A DNA stretch of 64,000 nucleotides, taken from the NCBI RefSeq assembly GCF_963921235.1, contig NC_086097.1:190342001-190406000 (forward strand), given 5' to 3'. The DNA is from Mobula hypostoma (Eukaryota). The notes beneath the pieces are model-generated. The model ran no database searches, was not told the DNA's origin, and saw nothing but the letters and a program-made list of their open reading frames with translations. The stretch's first letter is position 1. Every line of letters begins with the position of its first letter. Position numbers and translations under genes: made by a program. Below, piece by piece: positions 38,756 through 51,360 of this stretch.

Positions 38756-40042
38756 AAGAACCTTTGCTTTGCATAAAGAAAACCTACCAAAACTTCAAAA
38801 AAATTCATTCACTAGCTCCATGTACAGACAAATCCTTTCTGTATATCATCTCCAAATGATCTCTACCATATCTCTTTTCTACTCCCTTATTTTAGCATCA
38901 TGGAGGAGGTCTTATGACCTTTCAATTGCCCATTTCCCTACACTGGGCCAGAAAAATCAGCAAGCAACAACTTGAATGCTCGGCTATGGAAATCAGCTCA
39001 GCATTCCACTGTCAGCTTCAAGTGTGCTGTCCGCTCACCAAGATAATTTTTTTGTTCTGGAATGAAAATTCCTCCAGTAGTTCTTCATCTTTTTCTCCAG
39101 AAGTTGCTGTTTTCGTGAATAGCTTTTGAGATTTTCTTTTCTTGATACTGTAGCTGACTCCATTCATTATGAAATATTTGTTGCTTTGTCTGCACTCTTG
39201 ATTCCTTCAAATGGCATGAAATTGCCATGCCTTACTTATCTCTGAGTGCCTCTTACTGCTCCTCACCACTGTCCTGCAATGGAACTCAAATACTAATAGC
39301 CTTGGTCAACTACCCATAATTTTTTTTTTTCAATTACTGCCCTCCCTTCTACCCAATATTTGTCATTAGAGAAGGTACTTCAATGCAAATTCATTCCTTC
39401 TGTGCTCTGAAAAGCAGGCTTGCACAGACTTTTAAGAGGTATGAGTCAAGGAATTGGCTGTGATGTTTCATCTCCACTGGGAGTGAAAGGTACATGAAAG
39501 GAATATTGGTTTCTCTTATTTGCAGCAACATTTTGCTGAATATGCAATCCAATCCTTCTTTCTCCATATTGTTACTTCCATTTAGAAAGCAAAATGTACG
39601 ACTCATAATTTTACATTTATTGTCATCTGACTGTACATATACAGCATATACTGTGCCTTTAAAAAGTATTCAATCCCCTTGATCATGTCTTACTGTTTTA
39701 CAACACTGAATCACAGTGGATTTAATTTGCTTAATTAGACAGTAATCAACAGAAAAAGACTCTCCCATGCAAAGTGAAAAAATATCTCTACAAAGTGATC
39801 TAAGTTAGTTACAAATATAAGACACAAAATAATTGATTGCACAAGTATTCACCCCTTCAATATGACACACAAAATCATCACTGGTACAGCCAATTGGTTT
39901 TAGGAGTCACATATTAGGTAAATGCAGATGTGTTTTTGGAGACCTGTGTGCATTCAAGGGATTTCAATTGCTTTTTGTAAAAGTACACGGGAATCTAGAA
40001 GGTGCAACTGCTGGTGAGACAGTATCCTGGCAAAAATACACC

Positions 40043-41521
40043 ATGAAGACAAAAGAACACTCCAAGCAACTCCACGAAAAGGATCTTGAAAAGCACAAGC
40101 CAGGGGATACAAGAACATTTCCAAGTCACTGAATATCCCTTGGAGTACAGTTAGGTCAATCATCAAGAAATGGAAAGAATATTTCCCAGCTGTAAATCTG
40201 TCTAGAGCAAGTTATCCTCAAAAACCGAGTGACTGTGCAAGAAGGGGACTATTGAGGGAGGCCACGAAGAGACCTATGACAATTCTGGAGGAGACACAAG
40301 TTTCAGTGTTAGAGATGGGAGAGATTGCGCATACAAATGTTGCCTGGGTGCTTCACCAGTCATAGCTTTATCAAAGAGGAACAAAGAGAAAGCCACCAAT
40401 AAAAAAAACTCCCATGAAGTCTTGGCTAGAGTTTACCAGAGGGCATGTGGGAGGTGTGGGAGGTTCATGAGGATAATTCTGGGAATGAAGGGACGTTTAG
40501 CAGCTTGGTCCTGTATTCACTGGAAGTTATAAGAATGTTGGGGGAGGTATCTCTTTGAAACCTACCAAATGTTGAAAGGACTAGATAGGGTGGATGTGGA
40601 GAGGATGTTTCCTGTGGTGGGAATATGCAGAACTACAGGGCACACCCTCAAAATTGAAGGGCAACCATTTAGAACAGAGGTCAGGAATTTTTTAGCCAGA
40701 GAGTAATAAATCTGTGGAACGCTGTGCCAAAAACTGCAGTGGAGGCCAAGTCCATGCATATATTTAAGGTAGAAGTTGATCGTTTCCTGATCGGCCAGGG
40801 CATCAAAGGGTATGGTGAGACGGCAGGTGTATGGAGTTGAGTGGGATCCGGGATCAGCCATGATGGAATGACATAGCAGACTCAATGGGCTGAATGGCCT
40901 AATTCTGCTCCTATGTCTGGTCTTGTGGACTGAAGTCAGCTGGAAGATGGTTTTATAGCTTGAGGAAATCAAAATTGAGCTTTTTGGCTAGCAGACTAAA
41001 CGTTATGCTTGGCGTAACCCAAACACCGCACGTCATCAAAAATACACCATCCTTATCATGAAGCATGGTGGTGCCTGCATCATGCTGTGGGAATATTTCA
41101 CTGCAGCAGTCTTTAGAAGGCTCGTGAAGGTTGAGGGTAAAATGAATGCAACAAATACAGGGAAATCCTGGAGGAAAACCTGAAGCAATCTGCAAGAAAA
41201 CAGTGACCTGGGTGAAGATTTGTTTTCCAGCAAGACAATGATCCCAAGCATAAAGCTACACAGGGATGGCTTAAAAACAACAAACCTTAATGTCCTGGAG
41301 TGCTAAGTCAGAGTCTAGACCTCAATCCAATTGAGAATTTGTGTTTAACTTGAAAAGAACTATTCACTCACAATCCCCATACAATCTGACAGAGCTTGAG
41401 CAGTTTTGTAAAGAAGAGTGGGAAAATAATTGCAGTGTCCAGATGTGCAAAGCTGATAAAGACCTATCCACACAGACATAAGGCTGTAATTGCTGCCTAA
41501 GATGCATCTATTAAATACTGA
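40043..41521 (+). pseudogene. Tc1 transposase (DDE), decayed and interrupted by CR1
   Basis: MKTKEHSKQL, YKNISKSLNIPWSTVRSIIKKWKE, KIELFG, MKHGGACIMLW, FQQDNDPKH, DLNPIENL. Confidence 0.92.
40460..40928 (+). mobile_element. CR1 3' fragment inside the Tc1 transposase
   Basis: TYQMLKGLDRVDVERMFPVVGICRTTGHTLKI. Tail CTGCTCCTATGTCTGGTCTTG. Confidence 0.9.
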
Positions 41522-41735
41522 CTTGAAGGGGGTGAATGCTTATGCAATGAATTATTTGACATTTAATGATTATAATGAATTTAGGCCAACTTGTAGAAAT
41601 CTGTTTTCACTTTGAGACAAAAGAATTTTTTTCCGTTGATCAGTGTCAAAAAATTAAATCCACTGTGATTCAATGATTTAAAACAATAAAACATGAAAAC
41701 TTCAAAGGGGGGGTGAATCACTTTTATAGGCACTC

Positions 41736-41848
41736 TATATACATACATATGTGTGTGTGTGTCTGTGTATACATATACACACATACTGTATTTTTACATA
41801 TATCTACAAACGTACATACATATACATACACACACATGCATATATACA
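41736..41848. repeat. Compound (TA/CA/TG)n microsatellite
   Basis: TATATACATACATATGTGTGTGTGTGT..CATACATATACATACACACACATG. Confidence 0.85.
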
Positions 41849-41849
41849 A

Positions 41850-42077
41850 AAATAAAACTATTTTTTATAATTTTAAAAAGAAATTCTCACCCTTTATGTA
41901 CGTGTATTTTTTTCTCAATCTCGGGTCCTCTACCAGAGGCCTGAGAGTTTGAGGGTTCGGTGCAGTATCCTTTCTGTTCCTAGTAATGCGCTCTTCTGGA
42001 CCAAAATCACAGATGTTATTCCCAGGATTTGTTGGAGCCACTCTCCTAGTCCAGGTGTCACAGCTTCATGTGCCATT
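41850..42077 (-). mobile_element. R4/Dong (Rex6-like) RLE retrotransposon, 3' end
   Basis: Minus strand AVTPGLGEWLQQIPGITSVILVQKSALLGTERILHRTLKLSGLW*, a typical R4-clade C-terminus. Confidence 0.88.
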
Positions 42078-45000
42078 GTATGTGGCCTATCAGCGGCGTC
42101 AACAGAGCTTGACCAAGAGGACTTACTTACAGGTCAGTGGCGGTTATTTAAAAAGGGAGCTTCGAGAGCGTTTGTCCACTGTACGTGGCCTATCAGTCGC
42201 TATAACTGAAGCGGCAGTCATGAGTTAGATAGCAGGGAAGGTTCAGGCATAAAAGGGAGACACTGCCTAGTGGAGTGGTCATCAAAAGGTGGTCATTGAT
42301 GGAGTGATCTGAGGCAGAGTGGTAGGGCTTTGGGTCATTCGGGTTTCAGTGAGGTAACTTAAAGAGGGGTAACTTTGAAGGTATGAGACGTGAATTAGCT
42401 AAGATAGACTGGCAAATGACACTTAAAGGATTGACGGTGGATATGCAATGGCAAGCATTTAAAGATTGCATGGATGAACTACAATTGTTCATCCTAGTTT
42501 GGTAAAAGAATAAATCAAGGAAGGTAGTGCACCTGTGGCTGACAAGAGAAATTAAGGATAGTATCAATTCCAAAGAAGAAGCATACAAATTAGTCAGAAA
42601 AAGTGGCTCACCTGAGGACTGAGAGAAATTCAGAGTTCAGCAGAGGAGGACAAAGGGCTTAATTAGGAAGGGGAAAAAAGATTATGAGAGAAAACTGGCA
42701 GGGAACATAAAAACGGACTGTAAAAGCTTTTATAGATATGTAAAAAGGAAAAGACTGGTAAAGACAAATGTAGGTCCCCTACAGATGGAAACAGGTGAAT
42801 TGATTATGGGGAGCAAGGACATGGCAGACCAATTGAATAATTACTTTGGTTCTGTCTTCACTAAGGAAGACATAAATAATCTTCCAGAAATAGTAGGGGA
42901 CAGAGGGTCCAGTGAGATGCATGAACTGAGCGAAATACATGTTAGTAGGGAAGTGGTGTTAGGTAAATTGAAGGGATTAAAGGCAGATAAATCCCCAGGG
43001 CCAGATGGTCTGCATCCCAGAGTGCTTAAGGAAGTAGCCCAAGAAATAGTGGATGCATTAGTGATAATTTTTCAAAACTCGTTAGATTCTGGACTAGTTC
43101 CTGAGGATTGGAGGGTGGCTAATGTAACCCCACTTTTTAAAAAAGGAGGGAGAGAGAAACCAGGGAATTATAGACCGGTTAGCCTAATGTCAGTGGTGGG
43201 GAAACTGCTGGAGTCAGTTATCAAAGATGTGATAACAGCACATTTGGAAAGCGGTGAAATCATCGGACAAAGTCAGCATGGATTTGTGAAAGGAAAATCA
43301 TGTCTGACGAATCTCATAGAATTTTTTGAGGATGTAACTAGTAGAGTGGATAGGGGAGAACCAGTGGATGTGGTATATTTGGATTTTCAAAAGGCTTTTG
43401 ACAAGGTCCCACACAGGAGATTAGTGTGCAAACTTAAAGCACACGGTATTGGAGGTAAGGTATTGATGTGGATAGAGAATTGGTTAGCAGACAGGAAGTA
43501 AAGAGTGGGAATAAACGGGACCTTTTCAGAATGGCAGGCAGTGACTGGTGGGGTACCGCAAGGCTCAGTGCTGGGACCCCAGTTGTTTACAATATATACT
43601 AATGACTTGGATGAGGGAATTAAATGCAGCATCTCCAAGTTTGCGGATGACACGAAGCTGGGCGGCAGTGTTAGCTGTGAGGAGGATGTTAAGAGGATGC
43701 AGGGTGACTTGGATAGGTTGGGTGAGTGGGCAAATTCATGGCAGATGCAATTTAATGTGGATAAATGTGAAGTTATCCACTTTGGTGGCAAAAATAGGAA
43801 AACAGATTATTATCTGAATGGTGGCCGATTAGGAAAAGGGGAGGTGCAACGAGACCTGGGTGTCCTTATACACTAGTCATTGAAAGTGGGCATGCAGGTA
43901 CAGCAGGCGGTGAAAAAGGCGAATGGTATGCTGGCATTTATAGCGAGAGGATTCGAGTACAGGAGCAGGGAGGTACTGCTGCAGTTGTACAAGGCCTTGG
44001 TGAGACCACACCTGGAGTATTGTGTGCAGTTTTGGTCCCCTAATCTGAGGAAAGACATCCTTGCCATAGAGGGAATACAAAGAAGATTCACCAGATTGAT
44101 TCCTGGGATGACAGGACTTTCATATGAAGAAAGATTGGATGAACTAGGCTTGTACTCGTTGGAATTTAGAAGATTGAGGGGGGATCTGATTGAAACGTAT
44201 AAAATCCTAAAGGGATTGGACAGGCTAGATGCAGGAAGATTGTTCCCGATGTTGGGGAAGTCCAGAACAAGGGGTCACAGTTTGAGGATAAAGGGGAAGC
44301 CTTTTAGGACCGAGATTAGGAAAAACAACTTCACACAGAGAGTGGTGAATCTGTGGAATTCTCTGCCACAGGAAACAGTTGAGGCCAGTTCATTGGCTAT
44401 ATTTAAGAGGGAGTTAGATATGGCCCTTGTGGCTACGGGGATCACGGGGTATGGAGGGAAGGCTGGTGCAGGGTTCTGAGTTGGATGATCAGCCATGATC
44501 ATAATAAATGGCGGTGCAGGCTCGAAGGGCTGAATGGCCTACTCCTGCACCTATTTTCTATGTTTCTAAGTGGGTAAGTGGACTTCCTTCTATTTTATTT
44601 CCAGTTTTATTTAGAGGAATAAAGAGCATGTTTGTAGGTTTAGTACTTTTGCTCTGGTTGTCAAATGCGGAAATCCTGGGAATCTTCCAGTCTCCCAGAT
44701 AATCACATCTGCGCCAGGTAAACCAAGATGCAGCTCCTGAGAGACTGTGTTAGGGATCTGGAGCTGCGGCTTGATGATCTACAGCTTATTAGGGAAAGTG
44801 AGCAGGAGATAGATAGGAGCCCTAGGGAGTTAGTCACCCGATGCTGCAGGAGTTAGATAAGTGGATGACTGTCATGGAAAGGATGGGAAAAGCTCAGATA
44901 GTAGAGAGCACTCCTGTGGCCATCCCCCTCAGTAATCATTATCTCATTTTGGATGCTGTTGAGGGGAGTGACCTGACAGAGGAGGACCATGGCGGTCGGG

Positions 45001-48000
45001 TCTCTGGCACTGAGCCTGGTTCCCTGGTGCAGAAGGGAGAGAAGAAGATGAGGAATACGGTAGCCATAGGGGATTCCATAGTGAGAGGAATAGACAGAAG
45101 GTTCTCTCAGCCTGATAGAGATACCCGCATGGTGTGTTGTCTCCCAGGTGCCAGGGTATGGGATGTCTCGGATCGGGTGCAAAGTATTCCGAAGGGAGAG
45201 GGTGAACAGCCAGAAGTCATGGTACACGTTGGTACCAATGACATAGGTAGAAAAAGGGAGGAGGTCCTGAAGACAGAATTCAGGGAGTTGGGTAGGAAGC
45301 TGAAAAGCAGGACCTCCAGGGTAGTAATTTCAGGATTGCTGCCTGTGCCACGTGCTAACGAGCACAAGAATAGCATGATCAGGCATATTAATGTGTGGCT
45401 GAGAGACTGGTGTAGGGGGCAGCGATTCAGATTCCTGGATCACTGGGGCCTCTTCTGGGGGAGGTACGACCTGTACTAAAAGGACAGATTACACCTGAAC
45501 CCAAAGGAGTCCAATATCCTCGCAGGCAGGTTTAATAGAGCTGTTAAGGAGGGTTTAAACTAATTTGGCAGGGGGATGGGAACCGGCGTGATTGGGCTGA
45601 GGAAGGGGAAAACAGAAATAAATCAAAGATAGTGTGCAAAAGAGATGACAGAAAGGACAGGCAGGAGATGAGGCATAATCACAGCCAGTGGGATAAGTTA
45701 CAGGGCAGTAGAGGTGTGGTGCAGTTAAAACAGAAAGCAACAAATACTGGATTGAAAGTGTTGTATTTGAAATGCACGCAGCCTAAAAAAAAATGGACGA
45801 TCTTGAAATTCAGCTACAGATTGGCAAGTATGACGTTGTGGCCATCTCTGAAACTTGGCTAAATGATGACTGCCATTGGGAGTTGAATGCCCAAGGATAT
45901 ACACTGTATCAGAAAGATAGGTTAGTAGGCAGAGGGGGTGGTGTGGCCCTGTGAATAAGAAATAATATTAAATCATTAGAATGGGATGGCATAGGATCGG
46001 AAGGTGTAGAGTCTCGATGGGTTGAGTAAAAGGTACAGGTAAAAGAACCCTAATGGCAGTTGTATACAGCTGCTGGGATGTGGATTACAAATTACAGCAG
46101 GAGGTAGAAAATATGTGTCAGAAGGGCAATGTCATGATAACCGTTGGGGATTTTAACATGAAAGTGGATTGGGAAAACCAGGCCAGTACTGGACCTCAAG
46201 GGAGAGAATTTGTAGAATGTCTAAGGGATAGCTTTTTAGAACAGTTTGTTGTTGAGCCCACTAGGGGATCAGCTGTGCTGGATTGGGTGCTGTGCAATGA
46301 TCTGGAGGTGATAAGTGAACTTAAGGTTAAGGAACACTTTGGGAACAGTGATCACAATACAATCAAGTTCATTTTGCATCTGAGAAGGAGAAACTAAATT
46401 CCAATGTGTTGGTATTTCAGTGGAATGAAGGAAAATACAATGGCATGAGAGGGGAACTGGCCAAGGTTGACTGGAAAGGGACACTAGCAGGAAGGACAGC
46501 AGAGCAGCAATGACTGGAGTCCCTGCGAAAAATGAGGGAAATGCAAGACAGATATATTCCAGATAAGAAGAAATTTTTGAACGGAAGAAGGACACTACCA
46601 TGGCTGACAAGTGATGTCAGAGCCAAAGTAATATCAAAAGCATACAAGGAAGCCAAAGCTGGTGGAAAGATAGAGGATTGGGAAGCTTTTAAAAACTTGC
46701 AGAAAGAAACTAAGGAAGGAAACATTAGGAAGGAAAAGATGAATTATGAAAGGAAGCTGGTGAGTAATATCAAAGAAGATACTAAAAGCTTTTTTAAGTA
46801 TATAAAGGGTAAAAGAGAGTTGAGAGTAGATATAGGACTAATAGAAAATGATGTTGGAGATATTATAATGAGAGATGCAGAGGAGCTGAATGCGTATTTA
46901 GCATCAGTCTTCACAGTGGAAAACATTCAAGATTGTCAAGGAGGTGAAGTATGTGCAGTGAAAATTACGACTGAGAAGGTGCTCAGAAAGCTTAATGGTC
47001 TGAGGGTGGATAAATCTCCTGGATCTGATGGAATGCACCCTCGGGTTCTGAAGGAAGTAGCTGGAGAGATTGTGGAGGCATTAAAAATGATCTTTCAAGA
47101 ATCAATAGGTTCTGGCATTGTACTGTAGGACTGGAAAATTGCAAATGTTACTCCGCTATTTTAGAAGGGTGGGAGGCAGCAGAAAGGAAACTATAGACCT
47201 AATAGCCTGACATCAGCAGTTGTGAAGTTGTTGGAATCGATTGTTAGCGATGAGATCACCTAATACCTGGAGGCACGAGACAAGATAGGCCAAAGCCAGC
47301 ATGGTTTCCTGAAAGGAAAATCCTGCCTGACTAACCTACTGCAATTTTTTGAGGAGATTATAAGCAGAGTAGACAAAGGAGATGCAGTAGATGTGGTGTA
47401 CTTGGATTTTCAGAAGGCCTTTGACAAGGTGCTGCACATGAGGCTGCTTAGCAAGATAAGAGCCCATGGAATTACAGGGGAGTTACGAGCATGAGTTGGG
47501 TATTGGCTGATCAGCAGAATACAGACAGTAGGAATAAAGGGTTCCTATTCTAGCTGACTGCCGGTTACCAGTGGAGTTTCACAAGGGTTGGTGTTGGGAC
47601 TGCTGCTTTTTGCAATGTATGTCAATGATTTGAACTATGGAATTTCTGGATTTGTGGCTAAATTTGTCAATGATACAAAGAAAGGTGGAGGAGCGGGTAG
47701 TGTTGAGGAAACAGAACCTGCAAAGAGACTTGGATAGTTTAGGGAAATGGGCAAAGAAGTGGCAAATGAAATACAATGTTGGAAAGTGTATGTTCATGCA
47801 CTTTGCTGGAAGAAAAAGATGGCCAGACTATTATTTAGACGGGGAGAGAATTCAAAATGCAGAGATGCAAGGGGACTTGGGAGTTCTTGTGCAGGATACC
47901 CTAAAGGTTAACCTCCAGGTTGAGTTGGTGGTGAAGAAGGCGAATGCAATGTTGGAATGTTGGCATTCATTTCTAGAGGTATAGAATATAAGAGCAGGGA

Positions 48001-48581
48001 TGTGATGTTGAGGCTCTATAAAACACTCGTGAGACCACACTTGGAGTATTTTGTGCGGTTTTGGGCTCCTTATTTTGGAAAAGATATACTGACGTCGGAG
48101 AGGATTCAAAGAATATTCACGGGAATGATTCCAGGAATGAAAGGGTTACTGTATGAGGAATGCCTGGCAGCTCTTAGGCTGTATTCCCTGGAGTTTAGGA
48201 GAATGAGGGGGGATCTCATAGAAACATTCCAAATGTTAAAAGGCCTGAACAGATTACATATGGCAAAGTTATTTCCCACGGTAGGGGATTCGAGGACAAG
48301 AGGGCACAGCTTCAGGATTGAAGGACATCCATTTAGAACTAAGATGCAGAGAAATTACTCTAGTTGGTACTCTAGTTTGGGTGGTAAATCTGTGGAATTT
48401 GTTGCTAAGAGTGGCTGTGGAGGCCAAGTCATTGGATGCATTTAAAGCAGTGATAGATAGGTTCTTGATTAGCCAGGGCATCAAGGGGTATGGGGAGAAG
48501 AATTGGATTAGCCCATGATTGAATGGTGGAGTAGACTCGATGGGCCGAATGACCTACTTCTGCTCCTATATCTTATGGTCT
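42078..48581 (+). mobile_element. Full-length older CR1 LINE inserted in R4/Dong; TSD CATT
   Basis: 5' UTR 42078-42355 and 44569-44627. ORF1 about 44628-45563 (IGDSIVRG, HVGTND, DRLHLN). ORF2 about 45554-48515. Tail ATCTTATGGTCT. CATT at 42074-42077 and 48582-48585. Confidence 0.93.
42356..44568 (+). mobile_element. Young 5'-truncated CR1 inserted in the 5' UTR of the older CR1
   Basis: ORFs 42785, 43505 and 43880 share one frame with only point stops (RT motifs QGSVLGP, FADDTK). Tail TTTTCTATGTTTCTA. Imperfect TSD AGTGAGGTAA / AGTGGGTAA. Confidence 0.95.
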
Positions 48582-49156
48582 CATTACTATCACCGGGATT
48601 ACTCCTTTCTATTTGCTTTTTTAAGCCCTGCTATTTCTCCAGCTTCTCATATTCTTTCTTCCTGACCTGAATGTCATTCGGGATTGCCATATTTATTACT
48701 ATTGCTTTCTTCTGTTCATTGTCCAGTATTACTATGTCTGGTTGGTTGGCCAGTGCCTGCTTATCAGTCTGTATTTCCAAGTCTCACAGCTTTTTCATTC
48801 TCCGCTACTTCTTGGGCGTTCTCTATTTGGACTTGGGAGTGTCGAATCCACGCCCAGTGCAGATGTTCCTGTACACAATTCCTGAAACTTGATTGTGCTT
48901 TTCTGTGTATGCTGTCATTGTCTGCATCTTGCACCCTGTTACTATGTGCTGGAAGGTTTCAGTGAATTCCTTGCACAGTCTGCATCTTGGGTCTTGTCTG
49001 TGTGATAGAGCCCTGCTTCTATTGCTCTTAGCTCAGAGCCTGTTCTTGTGCTGCCACGAGCAGCACCTGTGTGATATCCCTCAGCCCTGCCATTTACAGC
49101 CATTGGTGGACCTTTCTTTTGTCAGCCCCCTCAGAAATTGTGGGATTGGTGGTAGG
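48582..49156 (-). mobile_element. R4/Dong retrotransposon: CCHC zinc knuckle plus restriction-like endonuclease
   Basis: Minus strand LLVAAQEQALS, QDPRCRLCKEFTETFQHIVTGC, HNQVSGIVYRNIC, IQTDKQALANQPDIVILDNEQKKAIVINMAIPND..KKEYEKLEK. Confidence 0.92.
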
Positions 49157-49314
49157 AATTCTCAATTATGCTTTAGAACCTTCATCTGCAACACTCCAGT
49201 TAAATGTCACAAAAAGAAGTGGACAGAGTCCCCAAAGATCCTCTCAGTGCTTTTCTCTGTCCTCCATAAAGTCTTGCCTTCTGATACCTTGCTGCTCCAT
49301 GCTACACAAAGATG

Positions 49315-50690
49315 ATCTCAATGATGCAGCCAGACAGGATACTCTCGATGGTGCTCCTGTAGAAAGTTGTTAGAATGGGGGCAGGGAGCCTTGCACACCA
49401 CAATCTCCTCAGAAAGTGTAGACACTGCTGTACCTTCTTGAATAGCGAGGTGGTGTTGTGCTTCCAGGTTAGATCATCTGTTACACGTACACCAAGTAAC
49501 TCTGTCTCCAAGGCAGAGCCATTGATGCGCAATGAGGAGTGGTCAACCCATGCCTTCCTTAAGTCTACAATCATCTCTTTCATCTTGTCCACATTAACTC
49601 CAGTTGTTGTTCTTACACCATTGGGCAAGCTCCTCTTTATGTCAACTCATTACCGCTGCTGATAAAGCCAACCACCATAGTATCATCAGCGAACAGAGTG
49701 ATGTGGTTTGAGCTGAATCTAGCAGTGTGGTCATGAATCAGTAGCTGAACAGCAGTGGGGTTGAGCACAAAGCCATGGGTACACCAGAGCTCAGCATGAT
49801 GTAGCTTGAGATATTGCTGCCAACTTGGACTGATTGGGGTCTTTGCATCAAGAAGCCCAAGATCCAGTTACAGAGAGGGGTGTTGAATCACAACAAGAAC
49901 AGGTTACCCACCAGTCTCTGAGGGATGATCATGATAAATGCTAAGCTGAAGTTGATGAACAACATCCTGGTGTATGAGTCACTGTTTTCTCGGTGGGACA
50001 GGGTGGAGTGGAGGGCTGAGACTATGGCATCATCAGTGGACCGGTTTGAGCTGCAGGTGAACTGGAAAGGGTCCAATGCAACTGGAAAGTGGAATTCATT
50101 ATAATCTATTACCAGCCACCCAAAGCACTTCATAATTGTTGGTCAGTACCACTCCGCAGTAATCATTTAGGCCAGTTCCTATTGCTCTCTTGGGCACCGG
50201 AATGATGGTGACTGCCTTGAAGCGAGACACCACTGTCGTTGACATGCAGGGTAGACATAATTCATTATAACATGCCACAAGCTCTGTTTGTCCCTGTTGT
50301 CACAAAGGTGTCTGCGCGTACTCATGTTTTGCCTTCCTGATGGCACGGGAGATTGCGGCTCTTGCCGACCTTAGAGTTGTCCCTGATCTGAAGGCAGCAT
50401 CCTGATTCCTAAGCACTGCATGAACCCCTGCTGTCAGCTATAGTTTCTGGTTTGCTGTGGCATGTAGCATTTAATCACAGTAATGTCCTCAATGCACTTT
50501 ACTATGTAGCCAGTTACCAATAATGCATATTCATCATTGTCAATGTAATGATAGTAGGTAGCTGCCTCCCTGAATACGCTCCAGTCTTAATGCTATTGAC
50601 GAAGTTCTGCCACACTGAGGTGATACTTTCTGGCCAGGTCCTGGTTTGACTTGTTTAAGCAGTGGTCTGTATGCAGGGATTAGCAAAATA
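49315..50690 (-). mobile_element. Rex1/Babar LINE relic
   Basis: MKCFGWLV, LDPFQF..NRSTDDAI, KEMIVDLRK, CLHFLRRL..FYRSTIESILSGCI. Confidence 0.88.
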
Positions 50691-50723
50691 CCATAAATAT
50701 GCAGCCACAGTAGTTGGGAAGAT

Positions 50724-51070
50724 CAAAGTATTCAAAGTATATTTATTATTAAAGTATGTTTGCAGTATACAACCCTGAGTTTCGCCTTCTCCACAGACAG
50801 CCACGAAATAAAGAAAACCAAGGAACCCGTTCAAAGAAAGTCATCAGCCCCCCTCCCCCACGCAATTAACAAATCACACAAATGGCAACAAGAAAGAACA
50901 ATTGAAAGCACTGAATATAGAAACACAAAATCGAAAGAGTCCATACTCAGTGTAGCTGAGTGTTCATTATTTGCAGTCCGCCCCAATTCAAAGTCACCCA
51001 AAAGAGCAAAGTAGCAACAGAAAAAGAAGCTCCCAGGAATTACTATCCAATCCACAAACCACAGACCCAG
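50724..51070 (-). repeat. SINE-like element of the same family as 700-1132
   Basis: CAAAGTATTCAAAGTATATTTATTATTAAAGTATGTTTGCAGTATACAACC..ACAGACAGCCACGAAATAAAGAAAACC. Confidence 0.6.
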
Positions 51071-51074
51071 AACT

Positions 51075-51360
51075 TGAAGTCGATTGTTAGGGATGTGGTT
51101 TCAGGGTACTTGGAAGGCACATGGTAACAGGCTGAAGTCAGCATGGTTTCCTTAAGGGAAAATCTTGCCTAACAATTCTGTTGGAATTCTTTGAGGAAGT
51201 AACTAGCAGGATAGACAAAGTAGAATCAGTGGATGTTGTGTGCTTGGATTTTCAGAAGGCCTTTGACAAGGTGTCACACATGAGGCTGCTTAACAAGTTA
51301 AGAGTCTGTGATATTACAGGAAAGACACTAGCATGGATAGTGCATTGGCTGATTGATAGG
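51075..51360 (+). mobile_element. CR1 RT fragment
   Basis: QHGFLKGKSCLTILLEFFEEVTSRIDKVESVDVVCLDFQKAFDKV. Confidence 0.9.

Larger units (their letters stand above)
39651..41735 (+). mobile_element. Tc1-family DNA transposon, IR/DR type, TA target duplication
   Basis: TA|CTGTGCCTTTAAAAAGTATTCAATCCCCTTG ... GGGGTGAATCACTTTTATAGGCACTC|TA. Inverted repeats of about 210 bp carry inner direct repeats (AAGTATTCACCCCTTCAA about 39843; TTGAAGGGGGTGAATGCTT about 41523). Confidence 0.95.

Noticed and set aside
38870..39130. Strong-looking splice acceptor followed by an ORF
   Set aside because: No recognisable protein in any frame and no convincing donor.
44574..44604. GTAAGT..pyrimidine tract..CAG mini-intron in the CR1 5' UTR
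   Set aside because: 31 nt is too short for a vertebrate spliceosomal intron. The sites could still be used separately, but there is no evidence here.
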